A stretch of DNA of 64,000 nucleotides from a candidate division WOR-1 bacterium RIFOXYB2_FULL_37_13 (GCA_001771535.1 MEUB01000036.1:842-64841); one strand, 5' to 3'. Positions 39,347 through 50,186 are shown, numbered from the stretch's first letter. Translations and numbers: made by a program. Notes: generated by a model not told the origin, from the sequence alone.

Positions 39347-39742
39347 CTATTTGCAAAAGGAACACCACGGTAAAAATTTGGGTTCTTCAAAATAATCCAA
39401 TAACGGATAATTCCTGCAAATAGGCGGCCTTAAAAAATAATTCTTACACTTTCCGTCTTCCCCTCTGTGACTGCAGGAAAATGCCAAATAGTTTCTTTCA
39501 TAATCAACATACAAGAGATAAAAACCGTAGAGCCAGGAAATCCAACGGATTGCGATATTTCTAAAAAACGGATTATTTATCTGCCTGTTTGTCCCGCGAA
39601 GAAGTATTTCTTCACAGCATTTGCCGCACTGTTTGCAATTTCCCCTTATTTTATAACGAGTCGGAAATAACCGCTTGAAACCTTGGACAATAAAATTATC
39701 CAAAAGCATAAATGAAATAATAATACGTTTTAGAATAACCAC
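39347..39742 (-). CDS. YkgJ/UPF0153-family Fe-S/zinc-chelating domain protein
   Basis: CKQCGKCC (CxxCxxCC) motif plus C-terminal Cys pair. Confidence 0.6.
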   Translation of the reverse strand: MVILKRIIISFMLLDNFIVQGFKRLFPTRYKIRGNCKQCGKCCEEILLRGTNRQINNPFFRNIAIRWISWLYGFYLLYVDYERNYLAFSCSHRGEDGKCKNYFLRPPICRNYPLLDYFEEPKFLPWCSFCK

Positions 39743-39803
39743 AATTTATATGGTAGCAGGTACAAGCAGGAAAGTGCAAGAAATTCTGATATAATTATAA
39801 ATA

Positions 39804-40346
39804 ATGATAAATTTTTTAAAATCTTTATTCAGGAAAAAGCAAACTCCCAAAAGAATAGAAATTGACGATAGCGGGTCAGGAGCCCTTTATGGAGGGGTTA
39901 TAATTCTTGTTACAGACGGAAAAAATGATTTTTATCGGGAAATTCCTTTAAAAATCTTCAATATAAAAGATAAAAAGAAAAGGTCTGCCTCTGTCCAAAA
40001 AAATATATACAAAATCATCAGAAAAGGTATTAGAAAATTAAACGCGAAAAAAGAGGCAACTGAAATCTTTATCTGTCAGGGTAATGTATTTGATTTTGCT
40101 GAAAAAGAGCTGAAAAAACAAAAATACATTATCAAAAGAGGCCAAATAAAAGGAAGAACAAATGACCTTGCGGAAGAAATTTTCCATAAACTCCTCAAAG
40201 AAAAATACAACATAAAAACTTATAACCATAAAGATTATAAAGGTGAAAATTTGCGGCAGTACGCTACCTTAAAAAACCGAAGAGATTTTAAAAACGTCAA
40301 GCAAAGCGCTAGAGGCGTAAAAGAGATTGAGACCTTCGGGGAATAA
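39804..40346 (+). CDS. Hypothetical highly basic protein (180 aa)
   Basis: ORF; K/R-rich. Confidence 0.4.
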   Translation: MINFLKSLFRKKQTPKRIEIDDSGSGALYGGVIILVTDGKNDFYREIPLKIFNIKDKKKRSASVQKNIYKIIRKGIRKLNAKKEATEIFICQGNVFDFAEKELKKQKYIIKRGQIKGRTNDLAEEIFHKLLKEKYNIKTYNHKDYKGENLRQYATLKNRRDFKNVKQSARGVKEIETFGE

Positions 40347-40424
40347 TTTTCGAAATTTTAGGTGGCATAATAATTGTAGCTATTATATAATAGCTCAAAG
40401 TAAATTTATACTTTTTAAATTATA

Positions 40425-41642
40425 ATGAAAATTTTATTTATCTCAAATTATTTGTATTTAGACGGTCCTCCGATAGCCCTTTTCCGAATAGTGCGAGAAC
40501 TTGCTAAAATAAGCGGCCTTGAAATAGCCGTATTATCTTACCTTGATGGTTCCATAAAGAAATGGTATGAAAATATAGGGATAAGCCCAATAATTGCGAA
40601 CTGTTATGAGCCGATAATAGAGAATATAAACTCGCTTGTAAAAACAATAAAAGAAGAAAAGCCTGATCTTGTCGTTTCAAATATGCTGGACACGATTAAC
40701 GGATGCTTTGCAGCAAACATTTGCAATCTCCCTTCTGTTTTATATGTTCATGAAGATTGGCCGGCAATTAATTTTTCCACTCTGCATCTGTTTGCATATA
40801 AATTGTCAGACCTAATAGTTTTTCCGTCAAAATACCAGCTGGACGTATACAAACCACTTCTTGACGGGGTAAAAACAAAAGTAATAACAAACGGAATTCC
40901 ATTATCTGAGTTCAGTGCAGCTTCAATAAAACAATCGAAAGAAGAGATAAAAAATAAATACAAACTCCCACTTGATAAAAAAATCGTTTCAACAATAGGG
41001 CTTGTATGCAACCGCAAACGGCAGGATCTTTTTATTTTTGCCGCGCATGAAATCTTAAAATTACGGGATGACATCATCTTTCTTATTGTTGGCAGATACC
41101 ATGAAGATGATAATTATTACAAACTATTAAAAAAATACGTGCAAACAGGGGGGCTGGAAAATAAAATCATATTTGCAGGCGAAAAAGAAGCTATAGGAGA
41201 AATTTACCATATATCCGATTTAATTGCCCACCCTACAAGCAATGATGTCTCCCCTCTTGCAATATCAGAAGCACTTGCTTTCAAAAAGCCTGTCATTGCA
41301 ACTTCGATAGATGGGATTCCTGAACTCATAGAAAACGGACAAAACGGGCTTTTAATTGAACAAAACAATTCCCAACAATTAAAAGAAGGCATCATAAAAA
41401 TTATCGACAATTATCTTTTTTTTCAAAATAATCTGGAAAGAACGCATAAAGAAATACAAAACATAACAACAGCTTCTTCCGATTTTTTTGATGTGATTAA
41501 AAATCTGAAATTCAAAAAGAAAGAGTTTGATGTCAAAATGCTGAAAGATGAAATAGAATTTACAGTTAAAAAAGGCTTTTCATTAAAATTCAAAGAGATT
41601 ACCCCGCTGATAGTCAGAAAACCGGCTTCAAAATTCAAATAA
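40425..41642 (+). CDS. Glycosyltransferase family 1 (GT4-type)
   Basis: C-terminal EALAFKKPVIAT..GIPELIENGQNGLL motif of the GT-B fold. Confidence 0.8.
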   Translation: MKILFISNYLYLDGPPIALFRIVRELAKISGLEIAVLSYLDGSIKKWYENIGISPIIANCYEPIIENINSLVKTIKEEKPDLVVSNMLDTINGCFAANICNLPSVLYVHEDWPAINFSTLHLFAYKLSDLIVFPSKYQLDVYKPLLDGVKTKVITNGIPLSEFSAASIKQSKEEIKNKYKLPLDKKIVSTIGLVCNRKRQDLFIFAAHEILKLRDDIIFLIVGRYHEDDNYYKLLKKYVQTGGLENKIIFAGEKEAIGEIYHISDLIAHPTSNDVSPLAISEALAFKKPVIATSIDGIPELIENGQNGLLIEQNNSQQLKEGIIKIIDNYLFFQNNLERTHKEIQNITTASSDFFDVIKNLKFKKKEFDVKMLKDEIEFTVKKGFSLKFKEITPLIVRKPASKFK

Positions 41643-41654
41643 GCATACCCTGCT

Positions 41655-42758
41655 TTATTTTGAAAGCGCTTCAATTATCTTATCTATGCGATGCCCGCAT
41701 GTATGGCGCGAAAGGACTTTCTTTTGAGCGGCAGATGATATAGTTTGCCTTTCTTTATCGTGTTCCATATAAAAAGCTATCTTTTCTTTTAAATCCTGAG
41801 GTCCTGAAAAAGTAACAATCTCTTTTCCAATCTCAAATAAATCACCAAGATCAGGCCTTAAGTCATCAACCAATTGAAAAGCCCCCAAGCCTCCAAGGAT
41901 AAAAGTCCTGTCATTGGGTGATTTAGCCATAATTTTGTTATTATTGCGATCCATATTGTGGCTAAAGCTGTCACGATGTATATTAAGATTTATTTTTGAT
42001 GCCAATTGATACTTTACGCTTTCTTCATAAGGAACAAACTCTTCTTTTATAAAGCTTTTCAACGTTTCATAATTGCTTAAAGCCCCCTGCCAAGAATCAG
42101 AAAGAACATGCGACCCCAGAAGCTTAACTTTATAGTTTTTTAAAAAACCAGAAAGCTCATCAATTACTTTAACCCTGTAAGAATTTTTAAACGGTGTGCC
42201 GACAAAACAAATATCGCTTTCATAGCTTTTTTCTTTTTGAAAGTTCTCAAATTTTGAAGGAAACGCCAATGGCAAAAAGAAAACATTTTTACACCCATTT
42301 TCCTGATATATAGGAACTGCAGCAGAATCAACCGTAAAAATAAACTCACAAATAGGAGCCATCTCCACGCTCAAATCAGTCCAATATGGGTCGTCAATCT
42401 GCCACATAACCATTTTTCTGCCCAAATCTTTTATTATTTTCAAAACAACCCTGTTTAAATGATGCCCATTCATAAAAAATATAAAATTAGACTTTGAAGA
42501 ATATATCTTTTGAGGGATAAGGGCAGAAGCATATTCTCTTGCAATTTTTATTAACTGATTTAAAGGAGTATCCTTAAATGAGGATTGTAAAAGCTGCCTA
42601 AAAACCAGAGTCTGTTTTGCAAAATCAAAAACTTCAACTTTAATCCCTTTCTCCAAAAAGGCAGCATAAATTACTTCATCCCAAAACTTTTCAACAGGGG
42701 TAATGCCATGCTTTATATAAAAAATTTCCATTTGTGGAGATTCTATCATAAGAATCAA
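41655..42758 (-). CDS. CgeB-like / Glyco_trans_1_2 family glycosyltransferase
   Basis: C-terminal region (HTCGHRIDKIIEAL) typical of CgeB/DUF3880-associated GT; last gene of the minus-strand cluster. Confidence 0.6.
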   Translation of the reverse strand: MILMIESPQMEIFYIKHGITPVEKFWDEVIYAAFLEKGIKVEVFDFAKQTLVFRQLLQSSFKDTPLNQLIKIAREYASALIPQKIYSSKSNFIFFMNGHHLNRVVLKIIKDLGRKMVMWQIDDPYWTDLSVEMAPICEFIFTVDSAAVPIYQENGCKNVFFLPLAFPSKFENFQKEKSYESDICFVGTPFKNSYRVKVIDELSGFLKNYKVKLLGSHVLSDSWQGALSNYETLKSFIKEEFVPYEESVKYQLASKINLNIHRDSFSHNMDRNNNKIMAKSPNDRTFILGGLGAFQLVDDLRPDLGDLFEIGKEIVTFSGPQDLKEKIAFYMEHDKERQTISSAAQKKVLSRHTCGHRIDKIIEALSK

Positions 42759-43181
42759 TTAAACAACAACACCATTTCCTGATGTATCAGGATTAATCAA
42801 TTGACTGCGCATTTGTTTTGCCTTTGATGAAATATTTTCCAACGCGATTAACATTTTATCTATTTCTTTTTTAACAGCGGGATCCGACGAATCCTGTTTT
42901 ATTGTTCGAAGGACACAAATCGCATCTTCTAAATTATTTCCATCCTTAGAACCAGTTAAAAGAGCAACAGCATTTCTTATTTTTTTAGCAATTTCCTTTA
43001 ATTTTTGCTGATTTTCCAGTTTTGCTTCCCCTGTTTCTTTTAAAATCTGAGCCAAAATTTCGTGAAGATCGCGCAATATTTTATTTACCGCCTCGTTGGG
43101 GTCGTTTTTTTCAAAGGCAACCGCAATGTTATTAAGTGACGAAGGATTTATCATTTTACTCATCTCCCTTTGTAATCTCAA
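42759..43181 (-). CDS. Hypothetical helical protein (140 aa)
   Basis: ORF abutting the next gene (stop/start adjacent). Confidence 0.5.
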   Translation of the reverse strand: MRLQREMSKMINPSSLNNIAVAFEKNDPNEAVNKILRDLHEILAQILKETGEAKLENQQKLKEIAKKIRNAVALLTGSKDGNNLEDAICVLRTIKQDSSDPAVKKEIDKMLIALENISSKAKQMRSQLINPDTSGNGVVV

Positions 43182-43187
43182 ACATTA

Positions 43188-44807
43188 TTAAACCGCTTCT
43201 CTTATGTCCTGTGGTCCTCCCGGAATCTGAGAATCAAGATGCGATTCGACTTTCAAGCGTTTCATTAGTTTTAAAATTAAAGACAATCTCTTTTCCAAGT
43301 TTGGATTTTGTGCCCCTTTCACCCTATATTCCAAAGACAAAAACTCATCTTTTGCCGCGTCAAATACTTTAATATTGGCAGAGTCGCGCAAACTATTGAA
43401 TTCTGTTTCATCTATTTCCCAACCCAAACGTTTAAGGTTGCTTAAAATACCTTTAATTTTCTGTTCAACCAGCTTAAATGCCGGCCCGGCCAATTCGTAA
43501 AGAGTTCCTCTTTCTTCCAGCGCGGACGAAAGCATGTCAACCAATCTGAGCCTTGCGGCGGCTATCCCCTCTTTTTCTATATCTTTAAATTCATCGCTTG
43601 AAACACCAAGCTTAATTAATCCGTTCTTTAATTTTGTAACTTTAAAATAGGTCGAAAGAACAGTTGCCATATCTCCGGAAATAGCGCGATGCATGTAAAT
43701 GGCCCGTAATCTGTTTATAAAAAGATCTTTTTCGTCTTCTTTTGAAAACTCATAGGGATTCTTTTTGTTTTTTGACTGTGATCCTAAATCCATATCCCCG
43801 GTTCCTAATGGGATATTGGGCGCAAACATACCGATATCAAATTTCTTTACCTGCCAGTCCTGAGAAAATTCGTTTAAATTAACTCCTACCTTTGTAGCAA
43901 GCTTAAGAAGTTCTTTTAATTCATTTGTAATTTTCTTGTCTGTTTCGGCATCGGCAGCCAAATGTTTGCCAATTAACTTTTCTGCCATCTTCTCTTTGGT
44001 GAAATCTTTAAGGTCAGAAAGCATCTCTTTCTTAATTTCGTCCGCGACCCCTTGCAAAGATTCATTGTCATGCAAGCCGGAAAGCAAGGCAGAATCCAAT
44101 ACAGTGTTTAAAGTTTTGTCTCTGATTATAAGGCCAACACTCTTTTCTTTTGTCAATATCTTTTTAAAAAAAGCGTCCTTTATCTGTTCTCTGACATCCT
44201 GGCGCATGGAATTTTTTACAGTTGTTCTTATGGAAATAAGGTCTTTATTGGTAAATCCTTTTTCGCTGAGCAATTTCTCCAAAGTTTCAAGCTTCTTCTT
44301 AATATCCTGTGAATCATTTACGGCGTATTGGGAATAAAGGGCGGCATATTCTTTGACTGCTTCCTGTGTCTTTGCATCAACTGTAATTTTTAATGCCTGG
44401 TCCTGTCCTTTTTGTCCCTTGCCTCCCTGCTGTTTCTTTTGCTCCCCTGCCTTGCCGACAACATTATTTAATTCTACAAAATCATCAAACTTTTCATCTC
44501 CACGGAACAACTGGCTAAGTTCGTCCTCAAGCTCTCCTTTTGTCTTATCAGATAAACGGTCAGGCTTAAGAGAAACACCGGCTGTTGCCAGTTTTGTAGC
44601 CAATCCGGCCAAGATGTCGAGTCCGGCCTTGCTTGCCGTAACCCCGCTTTGAAGGAGTTTGTCGACATCTGATTTCGCCTCAACTTTTCGAGTTGGAAAA
44701 TCAGATGCCGTTTTTTTATCTATCTGTTTAAGTTCAACAGACAAACTATTGCTCAACGCGACAGCCATTTGCTGCGAAGACGCGTTATCTACAATGTTAA
44801 CTCCCAT
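43188..44807 (-). CDS. Hypothetical protein (539 aa), predicted all-helical, K/E-rich
   Basis: Long ORF in operon context. Confidence 0.6.
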   Translation of the reverse strand: MGVNIVDNASSQQMAVALSNSLSVELKQIDKKTASDFPTRKVEAKSDVDKLLQSGVTASKAGLDILAGLATKLATAGVSLKPDRLSDKTKGELEDELSQLFRGDEKFDDFVELNNVVGKAGEQKKQQGGKGQKGQDQALKITVDAKTQEAVKEYAALYSQYAVNDSQDIKKKLETLEKLLSEKGFTNKDLISIRTTVKNSMRQDVREQIKDAFFKKILTKEKSVGLIIRDKTLNTVLDSALLSGLHDNESLQGVADEIKKEMLSDLKDFTKEKMAEKLIGKHLAADAETDKKITNELKELLKLATKVGVNLNEFSQDWQVKKFDIGMFAPNIPLGTGDMDLGSQSKNKKNPYEFSKEDEKDLFINRLRAIYMHRAISGDMATVLSTYFKVTKLKNGLIKLGVSSDEFKDIEKEGIAAARLRLVDMLSSALEERGTLYELAGPAFKLVEQKIKGILSNLKRLGWEIDETEFNSLRDSANIKVFDAAKDEFLSLEYRVKGAQNPNLEKRLSLILKLMKRLKVESHLDSQIPGGPQDIREAV

Positions 44808-44979
44808 CTTATTTTCACCCTATCCTTTTTTCTTGCCTTCCTCTCCCCAAATGATTTTATTGACCGAGTTTGATTTTAGTTTTTCTGTAAGCCTTGCCAT
44901 CACCACGTTTGACCACTGATTCTGCTGGGCTTTGGAAAGTTTTTCATCAGTAGGTTTCACAGAATCCGAAAGTTTAGGA

Positions 44980-46086
44980 TTATAAGTGCTCGCCATTTGA
45001 ATCAACCTCCTTTTTTAATTGTTCAATCCTAGCCTTTAATTTTGGATCAGGATAAAAATCGTAAGCAATTGTAAATTCCCTCAATGCGTCTTGTTTTTTT
45101 TGACCCATTAAATATGCGCTACCAAGATAAAAATGCGGAAAATAAGTATAATCTTTGATATTAAAACCGTTTAAAGCATTTTTGGGCGGGGATAATTTAC
45201 TTGCGTGCTCAAAAACATGGATAGCATCTTTGGTCTGTTTTGTGAACAGGTAAATAACACCCATCATGTTATAAGCCTCGGCATTAAACGGCTCCAACGC
45301 GATAACTTCTTTTAAGGTTTCAAAAGCTTGCGCGTATTTGCTCTGTTCCATAAGCATCTTTGACATCCTCATCCTTGAGACAACCGAGATAGGATCTTTG
45401 GGCGCAATTGAGACAACCGTAGAATATTCAGAAAACGCGGTTGTCTTGTCTCCAACGTCAAAATAGTTATTTGCCAAAAGGAAGTGGCAATGAAAATCAT
45501 TTTGGTCTTTTTGCAAAGCCTCTTTTAGTATCCGGAAATTTCTCTCCTTCTTTTCCTTTGCCTTCTCCTCACCCAAATCCTTCCCCCAATGAAAAACTTT
45601 AATATCTTGCAAAAATTCCCCTTTGAGCAATTCTCCCGAGGCAGCATAAACCTGCTCATTAAAAGAACGCCCAAAATGAATTCCTTTATTATTTTTAAAA
45701 ACTTTCAGCCTTGAATAAAATCTGGAGCCTTCCTCTGTTCCGAATTGAGCCTGATATATAGGCAAATAATATGCCTCTTTGTCACTCTTCTCTAAAATCT
45801 GGCGAAGCGTATCAAGCGTTTTCTCATTTATAAACTCATCAGCGTCTACCCATATAATCCAATCACCCAAAGCGTGTTTGAGCGATTCATTTCTAGCCGC
45901 CGAAAAATCATCGATCCAAGAAAAAGTATGAATTTTCGCCCCCAGTTTTTTGGCGATTTCAATTGTATTGTCCGTTGATCCGGTATCAACCAAAACAATT
46001 TCATCAACTTTTTTTGCAAGAAGAGGCAAAGTTTTTTCAAGAACTTTTTCTTCGTTTTTTACTATCATACAAACTGAGAGTTTCAT
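44980..46086 (-). CDS. Glycosyltransferase family 2 fused to TPR repeats
   Basis: MKLSVCMIVKNEE..VDTGSTDNT..DADE GT2 motifs, then TPR-like C-terminal half. Confidence 0.8.
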   Translation of the reverse strand: MKLSVCMIVKNEEKVLEKTLPLLAKKVDEIVLVDTGSTDNTIEIAKKLGAKIHTFSWIDDFSAARNESLKHALGDWIIWVDADEFINEKTLDTLRQILEKSDKEAYYLPIYQAQFGTEEGSRFYSRLKVFKNNKGIHFGRSFNEQVYAASGELLKGEFLQDIKVFHWGKDLGEEKAKEKKERNFRILKEALQKDQNDFHCHFLLANNYFDVGDKTTAFSEYSTVVSIAPKDPISVVSRMRMSKMLMEQSKYAQAFETLKEVIALEPFNAEAYNMMGVIYLFTKQTKDAIHVFEHASKLSPPKNALNGFNIKDYTYFPHFYLGSAYLMGQKKQDALREFTIAYDFYPDPKLKARIEQLKKEVDSNGEHL

Positions 46087-46476
46087 TTAATTTTCTCCTA
46101 CAGAAACCGATATTCTACTCTTAGTCAAAAATTTTTCTATTTTCTCCTTTTCTTCATTCTGAGTCTTAAAAACTTTCCCAAAATATTTCTTGTACATATC
46201 AAGCAGCCTTTCAGCCCGCTTTATATATATTTCAAGTTTTTCAAGTTTTATCAAAACTTCTTTTTTATCTGTCCCCAATACTTGCATCTCATATTCAATA
46301 TTTGACCTTTCAGAATAAAAAGATAAAAGATGATTCTTTAACGCGTCATATTCCATCTCTTTTATTTTTATCGGATTATAATCATCTTTCACTCCCAGCT
46401 TGTCGGCTTGGATCAAAAGCTGATTTTCAAGCTCTTGAAAAACTCTCATTTGAGCTTTTATTTTTTTACTGCTCAT
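46087..46476 (-). CDS. Hypothetical coiled-coil protein (129 aa)
   Basis: ORF with start/stop overlap on both sides. Confidence 0.5.
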   Translation of the reverse strand: MSSKKIKAQMRVFQELENQLLIQADKLGVKDDYNPIKIKEMEYDALKNHLLSFYSERSNIEYEMQVLGTDKKEVLIKLEKLEIYIKRAERLLDMYKKYFGKVFKTQNEEKEKIEKFLTKSRISVSVGEN

Positions 46477-47024
46477 ACAATTTTTGCCCCCGTAACAATC
46501 CCAAACAATGCCTTTTCACTTGCGACCTGTGCCAGGCCATTTTTAACAGCAATATTTTTTTCTTCTCTTGCTTTTGACATTAATTTTTCTATTTCAGCAG
46601 GGCTTATGCCAAGCAATCCCATTTGAAAAGTAATTACCCCAACCCCCATTTTAGAAAGTTCGGCCACAAAAAAATTATGGCTGAAAGTATCCATTGCAAG
46701 CTTAACCATCTTATTTTTAAGAACCTGCAAAGTTTTATCCCTGAATCTCAAATTATTATTTTTTGATAACGATTCAACTTCATCTTCTGCCAAAGCCGAA
46801 GATGCGGCGGCAAGATAGACGGTATCCTGCATTCCGACTTTATAAGTTTTGCTTCCATCTTTTCCCTCAACTGTTTCCCACACTAAAGAGGACATTTGTT
46901 GTGTCCCTTCGTTCTGTTTTTCTTTGGGAACTTCTTCTTTTAATTTTTGGTATGCGGCTTTTTGCGCCGAGAACATTTTGTCCTGGCTTAAATTAGCCGC
47001 AATTGTTGGCGCTTCATATGCCAT
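46473..47024 (-). CDS. Hypothetical protein (183 aa)
   Basis: ORF in operon. Confidence 0.5.
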   Translation of the reverse strand: MAYEAPTIAANLSQDKMFSAQKAAYQKLKEEVPKEKQNEGTQQMSSLVWETVEGKDGSKTYKVGMQDTVYLAAASSALAEDEVESLSKNNNLRFRDKTLQVLKNKMVKLAMDTFSHNFFVAELSKMGVGVITFQMGLLGISPAEIEKLMSKAREEKNIAVKNGLAQVASEKALFGIVTGAKIV

Positions 47025-47108
47025 AAATTATACCTTCCCCTATGTATAAATCGTATTAAATAGGGAAAAACTTGCATTTAAACTAAGAAATAAAAAGAGG
47101 ATTAACCT

Positions 47109-49388
47109 TTACTTGTTTTTCTTTTTCTGGCCGCCCTTACGTTCTTCCATCCGTTTTCGCTGCACTTTAGAACTTGACTCCTTATTTCCCATTTTTTGTA
47201 ATTCTTCTCTTCGTTTTTGGGCTTTGGCCGCGGATTGAGCAATTCCGGCCCTGATCTCGGCATCCTTTTTTTGTTCTTGACCTTTATCAATGGCTTCCTG
47301 ATATCTCAACTCCATTTTTCTCTCATGGTAGGCTGCCATATCTTTTTTATAATCCAGGCGGTCTCTCCTATTGCGGACATTGTTAGCAATTGTTCTGCCG
47401 ACATCCTTGTCACCAAATCTTAAAAGCCCCATAACATCGTAAACCGCCCAGTTATTCATATTAACAGCTTCATTGCCATTTTCATCATAAGCAATTCCTG
47501 ACCTATTTCCTGAAAGATTTATTCCCATAAGCTGTGAAGGAAAATATTTTGGATGAGGCCCTCCGGAATCACTGGCTATTTTATTGTTGTTTGGGCCATC
47601 TTTAATCGTTGACGATGTTTCACTATCAGGATTCCAGATACTGCCTTTAGCGCTGTAAAAATCCCACCCCGCACGTTTTCCCAGTTCGTTGTCATCATTT
47701 TTCGTTCTTATGTAAGGCTGAGAATCATAAACACTACCATAACTATCGGTATTAGGGTTTGGATTGTCTATTCCAAAATATTCATACATCAGATTTTGAA
47801 CGTCACCTTGATATTCATCTATTCCGTAATAATCGTCATCATCTACTCCTTGATAATTTTCATCTTTCGCAAGCGACCCAAGATAATTTTTATATGTTTG
47901 CGTATTATTATATAGCCAGTCGTTAAATCTTATAAACGCCAGCTGATCTTTACCCGAAAAGAGCCATCCCGGAAGTCCTCCGCTTTTATCGGTCGGCTTA
48001 AAAAGAAATTCCGAGGGATTAAATCCATACGCGGGAAAAACTGATCTGAAAGAATGCTGCATAGAAATAAAAAGGTTAAGAAAAGCAAGATTATGCGAAT
48101 CTGCCATAAGCCCTCGCATAGGATCAGAACGCCATTTATCAAAAGAGCCGCGCAACGCGGCATCATCTGGAGTTGCTGTTACTGTTACCGTCCCATCGCT
48201 ATTGGTAACATATGTCAAACGGCCTATATCGCTATTGCTCCCAAAGATCTCTGTCATGGCGCTATAAATTCTACGGCGTGATTCGAGCATTCCAAGCATC
48301 AGCTTAAATGCCCCTTCCCCATGATCTCCAGCTTGCAGGTCATAATCAAATAGGCCGCTATTAAAAGAATCGCGTCCTGTGGTAAATGTTTCGCCATCTC
48401 CGCTTTTCCAGTTATTATTGTTATTCCAGTCACTGTCTCCCTTCCATCTTATGTTTTCCCCATCGGTAACCCCATCGCTCCCTGCCTCAATTTTTGCCCC
48501 TTTTTTAAATCCCGACATTATAATTTCATAGTAACTTTCGTCTCCATAATCTTCAAGATTTTTTAAAATACCGTCAGATAATGCTTTAATCGGAGTTCCT
48601 TTTTTTTCTTTATCTTCTTTATTGTAAAAATTGAGCCCTTCATCCCAAATATCAGAATAGGTTTCTGGATTAAAAATTCCCAGTGATAATGGGTTTAAAA
48701 AATGAAATAAATTATCGTAATTTATAGGGCCATTAAGAGATGAGCCCTGATACGTCTCAATAAGATCATGAGCTTTTTTTTCAATTCCATAATGTTTCTT
48801 GTCATTTTGATTAACATCGAAGTGGTTGAATTGGGATACTGACGGATGAAAATCTAGGTTTTCCGCCCTACTCCCTTCAAAAAATCCCCAAGGCAACCCA
48901 TCCCCCTGAGTTCTTGGAACTCTATGCCATGAGCCAAAGTTATCTCTTGTATATCCACGCCCTGCATCGCTATCCCAGACATCGTTAAAACGGGTATGCA
49001 CAGGATTTCCATCTTCATCCAACAGATAATACGGATTTTTATCGTCAGTCCCGTTCCATTGCGGAATATCCTCAGGATCTCCTTCCCATAAAGTCGGAAG
49101 TGGATCGTTGCCCTCCCAAAATGAAGAGCCTTCCGCATATCCGAATTCCGTCAAAGCATCGTAAAACTCTTCTGATGATTCTCCCGCGTAACCTACCTGT
49201 TCAAATCTTGGCAGAAATTTCATCATCTCCATAAGAAAATTAACGCGGCTGCCCAGCCATTGGAAAGAAGAGGGAGTTTCAACCCCATCATGGAGATAAA
49301 ATCTGGAATAATCAGGATTGTCTACTTTCAACGGCTTACGAGGTTTTGGCAGTGTCTCACTATTTCCAAAGGAGTTCATAAAAAACAT
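47109..49388 (-). CDS. Hypothetical protein (759 aa), D/N/G/W/Y-rich body with a lysine-rich basic C-terminal tail
   Basis: Long ORF; no signal peptide obvious; composition suggests a beta-rich / carbohydrate- or metal-binding surface protein. Confidence 0.6.
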   Translation of the reverse strand: MFFMNSFGNSETLPKPRKPLKVDNPDYSRFYLHDGVETPSSFQWLGSRVNFLMEMMKFLPRFEQVGYAGESSEEFYDALTEFGYAEGSSFWEGNDPLPTLWEGDPEDIPQWNGTDDKNPYYLLDEDGNPVHTRFNDVWDSDAGRGYTRDNFGSWHRVPRTQGDGLPWGFFEGSRAENLDFHPSVSQFNHFDVNQNDKKHYGIEKKAHDLIETYQGSSLNGPINYDNLFHFLNPLSLGIFNPETYSDIWDEGLNFYNKEDKEKKGTPIKALSDGILKNLEDYGDESYYEIIMSGFKKGAKIEAGSDGVTDGENIRWKGDSDWNNNNNWKSGDGETFTTGRDSFNSGLFDYDLQAGDHGEGAFKLMLGMLESRRRIYSAMTEIFGSNSDIGRLTYVTNSDGTVTVTATPDDAALRGSFDKWRSDPMRGLMADSHNLAFLNLFISMQHSFRSVFPAYGFNPSEFLFKPTDKSGGLPGWLFSGKDQLAFIRFNDWLYNNTQTYKNYLGSLAKDENYQGVDDDDYYGIDEYQGDVQNLMYEYFGIDNPNPNTDSYGSVYDSQPYIRTKNDDNELGKRAGWDFYSAKGSIWNPDSETSSTIKDGPNNNKIASDSGGPHPKYFPSQLMGINLSGNRSGIAYDENGNEAVNMNNWAVYDVMGLLRFGDKDVGRTIANNVRNRRDRLDYKKDMAAYHERKMELRYQEAIDKGQEQKKDAEIRAGIAQSAAKAQKRREELQKMGNKESSSKVQRKRMEERKGGQKKKNK

Positions 49389-49411
49389 AATCTGCCTTCC
49401 TCCTGATTTTT

Positions 49412-49735
49412 CTACATTGAACTTAAGCGATCTTCAAGTTTGCGCACATTATTCCAAATATCCAAAATCGCGGATTGCGCCTGATCTATTTTTGCCATGC
49501 GATCTTCAAGCAGCAATGATGTTGAAGAAGAATTTACATTTGCTCCGTTTACATAATTATTTCCTATTTTCAAAGTTTTAGTAGGATCCGGATTCACTGA
49601 TAATTCCGCGTAATTTTTTATAAGATCAGCCATTTCAGTATAAAAACTTTTAACAGTTTTTATAACGTCCACATCAGGTGAATGATTGATCTCCCCTCCC
49701 AACGGTGAAAAAAATTTAACATTAAAAAATGCCAT
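49412..49735 (-). CDS. Hypothetical small protein (107 aa)
   Basis: ORF with AAGGAGG RBS. Confidence 0.5.
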   Translation of the reverse strand: MAFFNVKFFSPLGGEINHSPDVDVIKTVKSFYTEMADLIKNYAELSVNPDPTKTLKIGNNYVNGANVNSSSTSLLLEDRMAKIDQAQSAILDIWNNVRKLEDRLSSM

Positions 49736-49794
49736 TTTTTTATTCCTCCTTTTATATCCTCTTCTAAAAAATCAATTATCTGTTTTTTTAGAAG

Positions 49795-49818
49795 AGCCCC
49801 CCGGCAAGCCGGGGGGCT
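49795..49818. promoter_or_regulatory. Perfect 11-bp GC-rich hairpin (AGCCCCCCGGC-aa-GCCGGGGGGCT) in an AT-rich intergenic region
   Basis: Read directly; flanked symmetrically by a T-run upstream and an A-run downstream; lies between two small minus-strand genes. Confidence 0.4.
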
Positions 49819-49836
49819 AGAAAAAAGTTTATAATA

Positions 49837-50145
49837 TTAGCTTCTAACAATTTGACGGGTCCTTTCCGCCATTTGATTCTTCTTGGATACAGCGCTTGCA
49901 GCTGTCTGCTCAATTGTCGATAGTTTACTAAGATAACTATCTAAAACAAGAGCCCCTCCACCACTTGATACGTCTATGTCTGTCCCTCCAACATTCACAT
50001 TTATTGTTGTGTCTTCAATCGTATCATTCTCCCCATCAACTGCAATAGCACTTTTGATATCTTCCATCAGTTGATCTATGCTATTATCACAAGAACTTGC
50101 CACATCATAAGCATTCTGTTCAATCGTATTAGGAGTATCTGCCAT
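49837..50145 (-). CDS. Hypothetical small acidic protein (102 aa)
   Basis: ORF. Confidence 0.45.
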   Translation of the reverse strand: MADTPNTIEQNAYDVASSCDNSIDQLMEDIKSAIAVDGENDTIEDTTINVNVGGTDIDVSSGGGALVLDSYLSKLSTIEQTAASAVSKKNQMAERTRQIVRS

Positions 50146-50186
50146 ATATTCTCACCTCCTTTTACACACATATAGTCTTAAACCGT

